Positions 15,825 through 25,090 of a stretch of 32,000 bases of DNA are shown here, piece after piece; position 1 is the stretch's first letter, and the number at the start of each line of letters is the position of its first letter. Source of the DNA: Horticoccus luteus (GTDB taxonomy: Bacteria; Verrucomicrobiota; Verrucomicrobiia; Opitutales; Opitutaceae); assembly GCF_019464535.1 (NCBI RefSeq), contig NZ_CP080507.1, positions 660,001 to 692,000 on the forward strand. Reading direction: 5' to 3'. The position numbers and the translations under genes were made by a program. The notes beneath the pieces were generated by a model, which saw nothing but the letters and a program-made list of their open reading frames with translations, searched no databases and was not told the origin of the DNA.

Positions 15825-16499
15825 TCAGGTGATGGAGCTGGCCGGGCCGGCCCCGAGTGCGGCGTGAAGAGCGGGCAGATCGGGGAAGACGCGCGCGGGC
15901 CCGGCGGCGTGGAGTTGAGCGGCGGTGTGCGTGCCGGTGGTGACGCACCAGCAGGCGAGTCCGGCATTGGCTGCGGCGGCGACGTCGAAAATGGAATCGC
16001 CGACGAGAACGGTGCCCGCGGCGGGGCGTTCGAGGCGGGCGAGGACGTGTGTGACGAGCGCGGGATCGGGCTTGAGCCACGGCGTATCGTCGGCGCCGAA
16101 AACGCCGTCGAGCAGCGGATCGAGGTCGAGGTGCGTGCAAATCTCGCGCGACGAGTGGCCGGCTTTGTTGGTCAGCACGGCGAGTTTAGCGCCGCGCGCG
16201 TGCAAATCGGCGAGGAGTTCGCGCGCGCCGGGAAAAAGGTGAGCGCCGGCGAGCATCGTCGCATTCCAATACGGCATGTAGATGGCGAGGGCTTCGTCGA
16301 TGCGGTTGGGCGCGACGAATTTGAGCATGGCGTTGCGCACGCCGCCACCGACTGCGGCGCGGACTTGCGCGGGGGTCGGTGCGGGGAGCCCGAGTTGGGG
16401 GAGCGTGTGCGCGTAGGCTTGGTGGATGGCGTCGAACTGGTCGAGGAGGGTGCCGTCGAGGTCGAAGAGGAACGTGTGAAAAGGGAGCGGTGCGGACAT
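15825..16499 (-). CDS. HAD-superfamily hydrolase (phosphoglycolate-phosphatase-like)
   Basis: Track ORF 15825-16706 trimmed to the ATG at 16499. It has HAD motif I FLFDLDGTLLD, motif II LAVLTNK and motif IV-like LVGDSIFDVAAA. Confidence 0.85.
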   Translation of the reverse strand: MSAPLPFHTFLFDLDGTLLDQFDAIHQAYAHTLPQLGLPAPTPAQVRAAVGGGVRNAMLKFVAPNRIDEALAIYMPYWNATMLAGAHLFPGARELLADLHARGAKLAVLTNKAGHSSREICTHLDLDPLLDGVFGADDTPWLKPDPALVTHVLARLERPAAGTVLVGDSIFDVAAAANAGLACWCVTTGTHTAAQLHAAGPARVFPDLPALHAALGAGPASSIT

Positions 16500-16611
16500 G
16501 AGCAGGAGCGATTGAGGCAGCAGCGCAGGGTGAGGCGAGTTCCAACGGAACGAGAAATTGTTCAACGAATTTGAATTGGCGGCGGCGGGCCGTTTCACCG
16601 AGAGTGGCCGC

Positions 16612-17739
16612 ATGTCCGTCACGTCCGCCGCCTCCACCGCCCGCGCGTCCGTGCGACCGGCGGATGATGGCGCGGTGGTGACACTCGGAGGCGACTGGCG
16701 AATCACGCAGACGCGGCCGAAGTGGGCGAAGTGCGCGCCGGCGACGGAGACGAAGCGGGTGGAATTTCAAACCGCGGAACTGGGGCGCTGGGATAGTTCG
16801 CTGCTGGTTTTCCTGCTGGAAGTGAAGGAGTGGTGCACGGTCGCGGGGGCGTATTGCGATCTCGAAACGCTGCCGGAAAAATTGCGCGCGGCGTTGGAGC
16901 AGATTGCGCATTCGCATGCGACGAGCGTGCCGTTCGACCGCTCGCAGAATTTTCTCGTAACGGTGGGGCTGGCGACCGGGCAGGCGTGGAAACGCTCGCG
17001 CAACATGTCGAGTTTCATCGGGGAAACGGCGATCAGTGCGGTGCGGCTGGTGCGGTTGCCGCACAAATTCCGGTGGGGCGATTGCGTGCGGGAGATGCAG
17101 CAGTGCGGCGCGATGGCGCTGCCCATCGTGAGCCTGATCAGCCTGCTGGTGGGTTTGATCATGGCGTATCAGGCGGCGGTGCAGTTGCGGCAGTTTGGGG
17201 CGGATATTTTCGTGGCGGATCTGGTGGGGCTTTCGGTCGTGCGCGAGATGGGGCCGATGATGGCGGCGGTGATTCTCGCGGGGCGGACCGGCGCGGCGTT
17301 TGCGGCCACTTTGGGCAACATGAAGGCGGGCGAGGAGATCGATGCGTTGCAGGCGCTCGGCATTTCGCCGGTGGATTTTCTGGTGATGCCGCGCATCCTG
17401 GCGCTGGCGTTGATGATGCCGCTGCTCGTGCTCTACGCGAACTGCCTCGGGATCCTGGGCGGCATGGTGGTCGGCGCGGGCGTGCTGCAAATCCCGCCCT
17501 CGGCCTATTGGATCGAAACGCAGAGCATCATCGATTTGTCGGACGTGAGCTCGGGGTTGATCAAGGCGGTGACGTTTGGGTTGCTCATCGGATTGTCGGG
17601 TTGTTTCCGCGGGCTCGCAGCGGAGCGCAGCGCGGCGGGCGTGGGGCGGGCGGCGACGTCGGCGGTGGTGACAAGCATCCTGCTGATCATTGTGGCGGAC
17701 GCGGTGTTCGCGGTGATTTTCAACATTTTGGGACTATGA
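16612..17739 (+). CDS. MlaE-family ABC transporter permease with an N-terminal STAS-like extension
   Basis: The track start at 16558 is a TTG, and the first ATG is at 16612. The C-terminal 260 aa or so match the MlaE permease (REMGPMMAAVILAGRTGAAFAATLGNMKAGEEIDAL). The first 110 aa or so (VVTLGGDWRI...VEFQTAELGRWDSSLLVFLLEV) look STAS-like. Confidence 0.88.
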   Translation: MSVTSAASTARASVRPADDGAVVTLGGDWRITQTRPKWAKCAPATETKRVEFQTAELGRWDSSLLVFLLEVKEWCTVAGAYCDLETLPEKLRAALEQIAHSHATSVPFDRSQNFLVTVGLATGQAWKRSRNMSSFIGETAISAVRLVRLPHKFRWGDCVREMQQCGAMALPIVSLISLLVGLIMAYQAAVQLRQFGADIFVADLVGLSVVREMGPMMAAVILAGRTGAAFAATLGNMKAGEEIDALQALGISPVDFLVMPRILALALMMPLLVLYANCLGILGGMVVGAGVLQIPPSAYWIETQSIIDLSDVSSGLIKAVTFGLLIGLSGCFRGLAAERSAAGVGRAATSAVVTSILLIIVADAVFAVIFNILGL

Positions 17740-18524
17740 ACGATTCCCTCGAACCGGCGGACGTTCCGGCGATTGCGGTCGAGCAACTCACGTGCGGCTA
17801 TGACGCGGCGGTGATCCTGCGCGACGTCTCCTTCACGGTGCGGCGCGGGGAGATTTTTTTCATCATCGGGGGTTCAGGGTGCGGCAAGAGCACGCTGCTG
17901 CGGCACATGATTGGGTTGGACCAGCCGATGGCGGGGACGGTGCGCTTTTTCGGCGAACCGCTGGAGGCGGATCCGGTGCGGCGGCGTGCGGTCTTGATGC
18001 GGTTCGGCGTGCTGTTCCAGAGCTCGGCGTTGTGGAGCTCGCTGACGTTGCGGCAAAACGTGTCGTTGCCGTTGGAGGAATACACCGATCTGTCGCGGCG
18101 CGACCGGGAGGAAATTGCGACGCTGAAGCTCGCCCAGGTCGGGCTCACGGGTTACGAGGATTACTATCCGGCGGAGATTTCGGGCGGCATGAAGAAACGC
18201 GCCGGGCTGGCGCGGGCGCTGGCGCTTGATCCGGAGATTGTGTTTTTCGACGAGCCGTCGGCGGGGCTGGATCCGATCACGTCGCGCAAACTCGATGAAC
18301 TGACGCGGCAGGTGTGCCACACGCTGGGGACGACGGCGGTGATCGTATCGCATGAACTGGCCTCGATTTTCGCGCTGGCGGATCGGGTGATCATGCTGGA
18401 TCGCGAAGAAAAAGGGATCATCGCGGAAGGGCCGCCGCGCGAACTGGCGGCACACAGCCGCGATCCGCGGGTCATCGAATTTCTGCGGCGCGACGTCGAG
18501 GTGGCGCCGACCTCCAAGCACTAA
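17736..18524 (+). CDS. MlaF-like ABC transporter ATP-binding protein
   Basis: This is the real gene hidden at the 3' end of track ORF 16830-18524. The ATG at 17736 overlaps the MlaE stop (ATGA). Motifs: Walker A GGSGCGKST, signature ISGGMKKRAGLARAL, Walker B IVFFDEPSAGLD. Confidence 0.9.
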   Translation: MNDSLEPADVPAIAVEQLTCGYDAAVILRDVSFTVRRGEIFFIIGGSGCGKSTLLRHMIGLDQPMAGTVRFFGEPLEADPVRRRAVLMRFGVLFQSSALWSSLTLRQNVSLPLEEYTDLSRRDREEIATLKLAQVGLTGYEDYYPAEISGGMKKRAGLARALALDPEIVFFDEPSAGLDPITSRKLDELTRQVCHTLGTTAVIVSHELASIFALADRVIMLDREEKGIIAEGPPRELAAHSRDPRVIEFLRRDVEVAPTSKH

Positions 18525-18616
18525 GAAGTTGTCAATATGGGCGTTCGCGGAAATTTCCTTAGCCAGTGCGGTGACCGCCGCGCACGTCGGCTCCAGGCGG
18601 TCGCGGCCTTCCTCCG

Positions 18617-19633
18617 ATGAGACCCAAGCTTAGTCCCGCCGTCGTGGGCGCCTTCGTGATCGGCGCCTTTGCGCTGATTGTGCTGGCGCTGTTGTCATTC
18701 GGCGGCATGCACTTTTTTTCCAAGCCGCAGCGGTTTGTCGTGTATTTCGACGAGCAGATTCACGGCCTGGATCTCGGTTCGCCGGTGAAGTTGCGCGGGG
18801 TGCGGGTGGGTCGGGTGGTCGACCTGAACATCCGTTACGATGCCGAGCACAACAAATCGATCGTGATCGTGGTGTGTGAGTTCAACCCGAGCTCCGTGGT
18901 GGATGAGAAGGGCAGCGGGATCAAGGTGTCGACGCCGGAAGAGTTGCAGCACCTCGTGGACAAAGGGCTGCGGGCGCAACTCGGGATGTTGAGCTTCGCG
19001 ACCGGGATGCTTTTCGTGGAACTCGATTTCATGAATCCGCACGAGTATCCGCCGTCGATGCCGATGCCGCCGTCGCGTTTCGTCGTGGTGCCGTCGATTC
19101 CGTCGACGATTTCGGAATTCCAAGCGAGCCTGACGGAGATCATGGCCGACGTGAAAAAGGCGGACTTCGCGGGTTTGTCGAAGGAGCTGAAAGGTCTGAT
19201 CGTCGACGTGCACAAGCAGGTCAACACGCTCGATCTGAAGGCGCTGCTGGCGCAGTGGCAAAAAACGGGCGAGTCGGTGAACGCGCTCGTGACCTCGCCG
19301 CAGATCAAGGAGACGTTCGACCATGTGAATGCCGCGGTGGAGGATTTGCGCGGGGTGCTGGCACGGCTGGACACGCAAATCGACAGCAACGGCCAGCAAT
19401 TGCAGGGCACCCTCGCGCAAGCCCGCGACACGCTGGAGGCGTTCAAGGCGTCGGCGGCGACGTTGCAGCGGTTTGTGGCCTCGCAACGAAATTTGGGCGC
19501 CGATACCGGCCAGGCGTTGAGCAAACTCAGCGACGCCGCGGAATCGGTGCAACGCCTCGCCGACTATCTTGAGCGCAATCCCAACGCGCTGATCACCGGG
19601 CGGCGGCTGCCCGACGCGCAAAAAACGCCATGA
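18617..19633 (+). CDS. MlaD/MCE-domain protein (PqiB-like substrate-binding subunit)
   Basis: 338 aa with an N-terminal TM helix (VVGAFVIGAFALIVLALL). The MCE core is GLDLGSPVKLRGVRVGRVVDL, followed by a long helical C-terminal region. Confidence 0.85.
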   Translation: MRPKLSPAVVGAFVIGAFALIVLALLSFGGMHFFSKPQRFVVYFDEQIHGLDLGSPVKLRGVRVGRVVDLNIRYDAEHNKSIVIVVCEFNPSSVVDEKGSGIKVSTPEELQHLVDKGLRAQLGMLSFATGMLFVELDFMNPHEYPPSMPMPPSRFVVVPSIPSTISEFQASLTEIMADVKKADFAGLSKELKGLIVDVHKQVNTLDLKALLAQWQKTGESVNALVTSPQIKETFDHVNAAVEDLRGVLARLDTQIDSNGQQLQGTLAQARDTLEAFKASAATLQRFVASQRNLGADTGQALSKLSDAAESVQRLADYLERNPNALITGRRLPDAQKTP

Positions 19634-20274
19634 AACGATTCCTCCTGCTCGCGGCCTCGCTCGCTTTGTTTGCTGGTTGCAACGTCCTGCCCAAGCCGGG
19701 CCCGGACCCGACGCGGTATTTTGTGTTGACCGATTCGACGCCGGCCGGGGCGCCGGCGGAGCCGAGCGCGGAGCGCCCGGTGAACGGCTTGGTGATCGGC
19801 CTGCGCACGCTGGATGTGCCGGGCTATTTGAAAAGCCGCTCGATCGTGGTGCGCGACGGGGCGAACGAAGTGACGTATCAGGATTACGCACGTTGGGCGG
19901 AGCCGCTCGAGGTGGGCCTGGGCCGGACGCTGCGGCTCTGCCTGCAGGACGCGGGGAATGTCACGCGCATCTACCGTGAGCCGTTTCCGTTCGACATGGA
20001 TCGGGATTACGACGTGGCGGTGCGGATCGTGCGTTGCGAAGGCGCGGTGGCGAACGGCAAGGGCGTGGCGCGGCTGTCGGCGTCGATCGAGATTTTGCGC
20101 GTCGCCGAGAACCGGGTGGTGGTGCGGAAGTTTTTCCGCGCGCCGGAGGCGGCGTGGGACGGCAAGAATTTCGGGACGCTGGCGCGGTTGTTGAGTGACG
20201 AAACCGTGGCGTTGGGCGATGCCATCAACGCCGAGCTCGCGCAATTGCCGAAGCCGACGCGCGACGGGAAGTAG
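19630..20274 (+). CDS. ABC-type transport auxiliary lipoprotein (PqiC/YmbA, DUF330-like)
   Basis: The ATG overlaps the MlaD stop (ATGA). A lipobox is present (LALFAGC). The motif PTRYFVL just after the signal peptide is typical of PqiC-family lipoproteins. Confidence 0.8.
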   Translation: MKRFLLLAASLALFAGCNVLPKPGPDPTRYFVLTDSTPAGAPAEPSAERPVNGLVIGLRTLDVPGYLKSRSIVVRDGANEVTYQDYARWAEPLEVGLGRTLRLCLQDAGNVTRIYREPFPFDMDRDYDVAVRIVRCEGAVANGKGVARLSASIEILRVAENRVVVRKFFRAPEAAWDGKNFGTLARLLSDETVALGDAINAELAQLPKPTRDGK

Positions 20275-20425
20275 CAGTGAAGGGGCGGCGGAGAAATCCC
20301 AACGAAGCGGGGCCTGCTGGGTTTGCTTTGTGGCGCGTATGCGCGTCCGCCTTTGCGGACGCGGCTCGCGGACGAACGGCGAAGATCTGTCGAGCCCCTG
20401 AGGGCCACGCTGTCCAACGCGAGAA

Positions 20426-21691
20426 TTACGGGACTTGCGGCCGCGCCGCGGCCATCGCACGGACGGTTTCGTAGAGACGAGGAAGATCTGCGGGCGTCAC
20501 CACATCGCCGGGCGGGCGGGGCCAGCCGCTCGCGCTCGGCCATTCGCCGCGGGCGATGAACCGCTCCACGGCGGACGACAGCCCGGCGATCGCCAGATAT
20601 TCTTTTTGTTCTTTTTCGTCGCGGATGGCGGTGACGCGATCGGCGCCGAGCATGGTGATCTGACCGGCGGAAATGTGCGCGAGGTCGTTGAGCGTCACGA
20701 AGGGGCGGCAGTCAACGAGGGTGGTGGCGGGGCGGGGCGATTCGCCGCGAAGGTAGCGGTAATAGTCGCGGTGATTCTCCACGAGGCCGTCGAAGTTTTC
20801 GAAGGGCATCGTGTCCACGCGGCCGTCGTTCCAGCGGATTTCGATGGTGCCGCCGACGACGTAGCGGATGGTGGCGTTGTCGCAGAGGACGGTCTCGACG
20901 TGGGTGCTGGCACCCGAGCAGGCGTGGGAGAGGGCGAAGCGCATCGTAACGCCGCTGGTGGTGTCGGCTTCGGTGAAAAACGTATCCGCGCCTTCGATGG
21001 CGTGCGCGCGGTAGAGCTCGGCGCGGACGGCGGCGATCTGGCCCCAGCTCGCGAGGTCGGGCGCACCGGTCCAGAAGAGGATGTTGTGAACGAAGTGGGC
21101 GAGGGCGTTGCCGAAGCAGGAATCGAGGACGACGCGGTCGTTGAGCAGGAGGCGTCCGGCCCAGTTGTTGCGCTGGAAATATTCGGCGGGACGCGGCCAG
21201 AAGGCGCTGAGGGTGGCGGCGCGGAGAGCGCCGAATTCACCCGCGAGGAGGCGTTGCTTCAACGCGCGGCGCTGGGGCTCGATGATAAAGTTGAATCCGA
21301 CGAGCGAGGCTTTGGGCGAACGCCGGTCGTTCGTGATCATTTGCTCGAGTTCGGCGTAATCGAGGGTCGGCGGTTTCTCGAGATAGACGGGAATGCCGAG
21401 CGCGGTGACGGCGGCGTGCATTTCCGAATGGAGTTGAATGGGCGTGGGCACCACGACGAGGTCGAGTTCGCGATGGCATGCCTCGAGCATCGCGCGATAG
21501 TCTTCGAAGACGCGGACGCCGCGCTGGGCGAGGTGCCAGGATTGTTGCTGGGCGGCGAAGGCGGCGGCTTGCGGGTCGCAGGTGCAGATCAACCGCGCCT
21601 CGCCTTGTTCTTCGAGGCGGGCGACGGCGTTGTGATGCCAGCCGGCGAATCCGCCCATGCCTACGATGCCGATGCGAATGGGAGTCGTCAC
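20426..21691 (-). CDS. Gfo/Idh/MocA family oxidoreductase
   Basis: 421 aa with an N-terminal Rossmann motif (IRIGIVGMGGFAGWHH). The GTG start overlaps the KdsD stop (GTGA at 21688-21691). Confidence 0.85.
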   Translation of the reverse strand: MTTPIRIGIVGMGGFAGWHHNAVARLEEQGEARLICTCDPQAAAFAAQQQSWHLAQRGVRVFEDYRAMLEACHRELDLVVVPTPIQLHSEMHAAVTALGIPVYLEKPPTLDYAELEQMITNDRRSPKASLVGFNFIIEPQRRALKQRLLAGEFGALRAATLSAFWPRPAEYFQRNNWAGRLLLNDRVVLDSCFGNALAHFVHNILFWTGAPDLASWGQIAAVRAELYRAHAIEGADTFFTEADTTSGVTMRFALSHACSGASTHVETVLCDNATIRYVVGGTIEIRWNDGRVDTMPFENFDGLVENHRDYYRYLRGESPRPATTLVDCRPFVTLNDLAHISAGQITMLGADRVTAIRDEKEQKEYLAIAGLSSAVERFIARGEWPSASGWPRPPGDVVTPADLPRLYETVRAMAAARPQVP

Positions 21692-22677
21692 ACGATTTTG
21701 AGTTTAGGTAAATCCTGGCCGTCGACGAGGCCGACGGGTTGATGACGCGCGTTGACGACGATGAGGTCGTCGATGCGATGAGCTTCGAACAACCGGAGCG
21801 CGTCGACACCGAGGGCGTCGTCGCGAACAGTCTTCGGGTTGCGCGTCATGAAGGTGGACACCGGTTGGCGGAGAAAGTCCGGGCCGGTGAGGGCGCTGCG
21901 GCGAAAATCTCCATCGGTGAGAATGCCGGTGAGTTTGCCGGTCCGCGGATGCACGAGGGCGATGCTGCCGGTCTTGGCGGCGGTCATCGCGAGGATGGCG
22001 TCCTGGGTCGTCTTGGTGTCGGGCAAAATGGGCGAGCGTTCGCCGGTGCGCATGAAGTCTTTGACGCGCAAGAGGAGCACGCGGCCGAGGTTGCCGGCGG
22101 GATGATAGCGGGCGAAATCGTCGCGGGTGAGGCCGCGCGCTTCGAGGAGCACCATCGCCAGCGCATCGCCGAGCGCGAGGGCGGCGGTGGTGCTGGCGGT
22201 CGGGGCGAGCGAGAGGGGACACGCTTCCTGCGGCACGCGGTAGAGGAGGCGATGGTCGGTGTTTTTCGCGAGGTCCGATCCGACGTGGGAGGTGAACGCG
22301 ACGGTGCTGACGCCGAAGCGTTTCAACACGGGGAGGAGGCGGAGAATTTCCTCGGTCTGGCCGCTGTTGCTGAGGAGGAAAGCGAGATCGCCATCCGCGC
22401 AGATGCCGAGATCGCCGTGAAGGGCGTGGGTGGCATCGAGGAAACAGGAGGAGGCGCCGGTGCTGTTGAAGGTGCTGGCGAGTTTTTGGGCGATGTGGGC
22501 GGACTTGCCGACGCCGGTGAAGATCAGTTTGCCGCCCAGTGCGATAACCGCTTCGACGGCAAGGGCGGTGGCGGTGAATTCGGGTCCGAGGCCGCGCGAG
22601 GTGGCGACCAGGGCTTTCGTCTCGATCTGCAGGCAGGCACGGGCGCGAGCGAGAGCGGTTTTCGAATTGAGGGCCAT
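21688..22677 (-). CDS. kdsD: KpsF/GutQ-family arabinose-5-phosphate isomerase (SIS domain plus two CBS domains)
   Basis: 329 aa. The SIS motif is GKLIFTGVGKSAHIAQKLASTF, with LLSNSGQTEEI and a C-terminal CBS pair (ILTDGDFRR, IDDLIVVN). Confidence 0.92.
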   Translation of the reverse strand: MALNSKTALARARACLQIETKALVATSRGLGPEFTATALAVEAVIALGGKLIFTGVGKSAHIAQKLASTFNSTGASSCFLDATHALHGDLGICADGDLAFLLSNSGQTEEILRLLPVLKRFGVSTVAFTSHVGSDLAKNTDHRLLYRVPQEACPLSLAPTASTTAALALGDALAMVLLEARGLTRDDFARYHPAGNLGRVLLLRVKDFMRTGERSPILPDTKTTQDAILAMTAAKTGSIALVHPRTGKLTGILTDGDFRRSALTGPDFLRQPVSTFMTRNPKTVRDDALGVDALRLFEAHRIDDLIVVNARHQPVGLVDGQDLPKLKIV

Positions 22678-22724
22678 TTACGGGTTGAGTCGCGGGAGCA
22701 AGGTGGCGGAATTTACGGCTACCG

Positions 22725-23633
22725 GTGTCTCGTTCAATCCCTTTCCCTTCGTTCCTGCATCTCTGGCGCCCGCGACGCTGGTCGTTTGTCGCGGGGGTGG
22801 TGTGCTTGTTGTGCTTCGGCGCCTGCGAGCGGCGGGTGGCGCAGAGCACCGGGCCGGAGACGGATGATCCGAATTTCCGGCAGGGTCAGCAGCTCGCGCG
22901 GCAGGGTCGGCCGCAGGAGGCGTTGGCGGAATATTTGAAAGTGATCGCGCGGCGCGGCGACGCGGCGCCGGAGTCGAATCTCGAGGTGGGCTTGATCTAC
23001 CAGGAAAACATCAAGGATCCGATCGCGGCGATTTACTATTTCCGCCGCTATCTCGAACTGCAGCCGAATTCCCGCCAGGCGGAAAACGTGCGCGGGCTCG
23101 TGAACAACGCGAAACGTGAATTTGCGCGGACGCTGCCGGCGGCGCCGTTGGAGAGTCAGACGCAGCGGATCGACCTGGTGGAGCAGATCGAGCGGTTGCA
23201 GCGCGAAAACGACGACTTGAAGGCGGAGCTCACGTCACTGCGTTCGGGCGGCACGGCGCCGGTGACGCGGTCGCGATTCGCGTTGAACGAGCCATCACCG
23301 TCCGCGCCGGCGCCGAGTGGCCGGTCGCCGGTGGTGATGGCGCCCACGACGATCGAAAGTTCGCCGGTGACTTTGGCGCCCGAAGAAAATCCCACGCCGA
23401 CGCTGACCGCGCCGCGGACGGATGCGCCGGTGCCGCCGACGCGGCCCGGAGCGGCGCAACCGGCGCGGAGTGGCAAGCGGCACACGATCGCGAAGGGCGA
23501 TACGCTGTTTAGCCTGGCGCAGCGCTACTACGGCAACCGGAGCAAGTGGCGCGATATTCTCGCGGCGAACCGTGACGTGCTCGCGAACGAAAACTCGCCG
23601 TTGCGCATCGGGATGGAATTGAAGATTCCGTGA
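22725..23633 (+). CDS. LysM-domain lipoprotein with a TPR-like N-terminal region, a coiled coil and a Pro-rich linker
   Basis: The start is a GTG at 22725, and no ATG precedes the signal peptide. A lipobox is present (LLCFGAC). A C-terminal LysM domain is present: HTIAKGDTLFSLAQRYYGNRSKWRDILAANRDVL...LRIGMELKIP. Confidence 0.75.
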   Translation: MSRSIPFPSFLHLWRPRRWSFVAGVVCLLCFGACERRVAQSTGPETDDPNFRQGQQLARQGRPQEALAEYLKVIARRGDAAPESNLEVGLIYQENIKDPIAAIYYFRRYLELQPNSRQAENVRGLVNNAKREFARTLPAAPLESQTQRIDLVEQIERLQRENDDLKAELTSLRSGGTAPVTRSRFALNEPSPSAPAPSGRSPVVMAPTTIESSPVTLAPEENPTPTLTAPRTDAPVPPTRPGAAQPARSGKRHTIAKGDTLFSLAQRYYGNRSKWRDILAANRDVLANENSPLRIGMELKIP

Positions 23634-23852
23634 AGCGGTTGAGGCCGCAGGGGCGGGCGGACGCACGAAGGACGTCGCAGCTCACGCGGACCGAAAGAAG
23701 CGCAAGAGCGTAACCTAATTGGTTACATTCCCGAATTGGTCGGCCGGTGGCGCGGGGAGGGACGGCGGCGGGAAAAAGGAACGGAAGGCGAGGCGGGCTG
23801 ATGACGGAGAACGGGCTCGAAATTGGCGGGCGGGCGCGGCAGTCGATGGAGC

Positions 23853-25025
23853 ATGCCCGAAACTTCCCGTCGGACGGCAGTGTTTACCGAGTCGATGATT
23901 CGCGAGATGTCGCGCGTGGCGACGCGCCATGGTGCGATCAATCTGGCGCAGGGGTTTCCCGATTGGGATCCGCCGGCGGCGCTGGTGGCGGCGGGGCGCG
24001 AGGCGATGGATGCGCACCGGCATCAATACGCGGTGACGTGGGGCGCGCCGGAATTGCGGACGGCCCTCGGGGCGAAAATCGCGCGGTTCATGGGAGTGCC
24101 CGTCGATGCCGAGCGGGAGCTGGTCGTAACGTGCGGCGCGACGGAAGCGATGATGGTGGCGATGATGACGGTGTGCGATCCGGGCGATCGCGTGGGGTTG
24201 TTTACGCCGTTTTATGAGAACTATGGTGCGGATGCGGTGCTGACCGGTGCGACGCCGGTGCATGTGTCGTTGCAGCCGCCGGACTACCGGTTCGATCCGG
24301 CGGAGCTGCGGCGGGCGTTCGCGAGCGGGTTGAAGGCGTTTGTGTTGTGCAATCCGTCGAATCCGTGCGGACGCGTTTTCACGCGGGAGGAGTTGGGGCA
24401 GATCGCGGCGCTGGCGGAGGAGTTCGACGTGTTTGTGCTGACCGACGAGGTCTATGAGCACATTGTGTTTCCGCCGCACCGGCACACGTATTTCGCGACG
24501 CTGCCCGGGATGGCGGAACGGACGCTGATGTGTTCGTCGCTCTCGAAGACTTTTTCGATCACGGGCTGGCGGCTGGGGTATGTGCACGCGGCGCCGCGGA
24601 TCATCGCGCAGGCGCGGAAGGTGCACGATTTTCTGACGGTGGGCGCGGCGGCGCCGTTGCAGCACGCGGTGGTGACGGCGTTGAATTTTCCGTCGAGTTA
24701 TTACGAGGAGCTCGCGGCGGAATACGGGCGATCGCGCGATGTGTTGCTCGGTTATCTGGATCGCACGGGGCTGCCTTACACGCGGCCGGAAGGGGCGTAT
24801 TTTGTGATGCTGGATGTGTCGCGTTTTGGGTATGCGAGCGATGTGGAATTTGCGCACTGGATGACGCGGGAGATCGGCGTGGCGCCGGTGCCGGGGTCGA
24901 GTTTTTTCCCTTATCCGGAGCACCGCTATGTGCGGCTGAACTTCGCAAAGCGGCCGGAGACGTTGCACGCGGCGGGCGAGCGGTTGCTGCGGCTGACAGA
25001 GGCGGCGCCGAGACCGGAGCGTTGA
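23853..25025 (+). CDS. Class I/II PLP-dependent aminotransferase (YbdL / kynurenine-aminotransferase-like)
   Basis: The track start at 23823 is a TTG, and the first ATG is at 23853. Motifs: INLAQGFPDWDPP, NPSNPCGRVF, and the PLP-Lys motif SLSKTFSITGWRLGY. Confidence 0.9.
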   Translation: MPETSRRTAVFTESMIREMSRVATRHGAINLAQGFPDWDPPAALVAAGREAMDAHRHQYAVTWGAPELRTALGAKIARFMGVPVDAERELVVTCGATEAMMVAMMTVCDPGDRVGLFTPFYENYGADAVLTGATPVHVSLQPPDYRFDPAELRRAFASGLKAFVLCNPSNPCGRVFTREELGQIAALAEEFDVFVLTDEVYEHIVFPPHRHTYFATLPGMAERTLMCSSLSKTFSITGWRLGYVHAAPRIIAQARKVHDFLTVGAAAPLQHAVVTALNFPSSYYEELAAEYGRSRDVLLGYLDRTGLPYTRPEGAYFVMLDVSRFGYASDVEFAHWMTREIGVAPVPGSSFFPYPEHRYVRLNFAKRPETLHAAGERLLRLTEAAPRPER

Positions 25026-25090
25026 GGAGTAATTGGGCGCCGGTGGAAAGCGGCGCTTGCGCGGGGTGGACTGGTGTGGTGAACTGACCG

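Noticed and set aside
14323-16140. Long 5' extensions of track ORFs (14323-16140, 15825-16706, 12864-14057, 29021-30262, 3307-3894, 1313-2797, 16830-18524)
   Set aside because: The extensions are Arg/Pro-rich and overlap neighbouring real genes. Internal starts give proper signal peptides or N-terminal motifs and sensible gene spacing, so the trimmed coordinates are reported instead.
20342-20363. 9-bp GC hairpin (CGCGTCCGC-CTTT-GCGGACGCG) in the convergent gap between the PqiC-like and Gfo/Idh/MocA genes, considered as a bidirectional terminator
   Set aside because: There is no U or A tract on either side. It may still stabilise the 3' ends, but it is not a confident intrinsic terminator.
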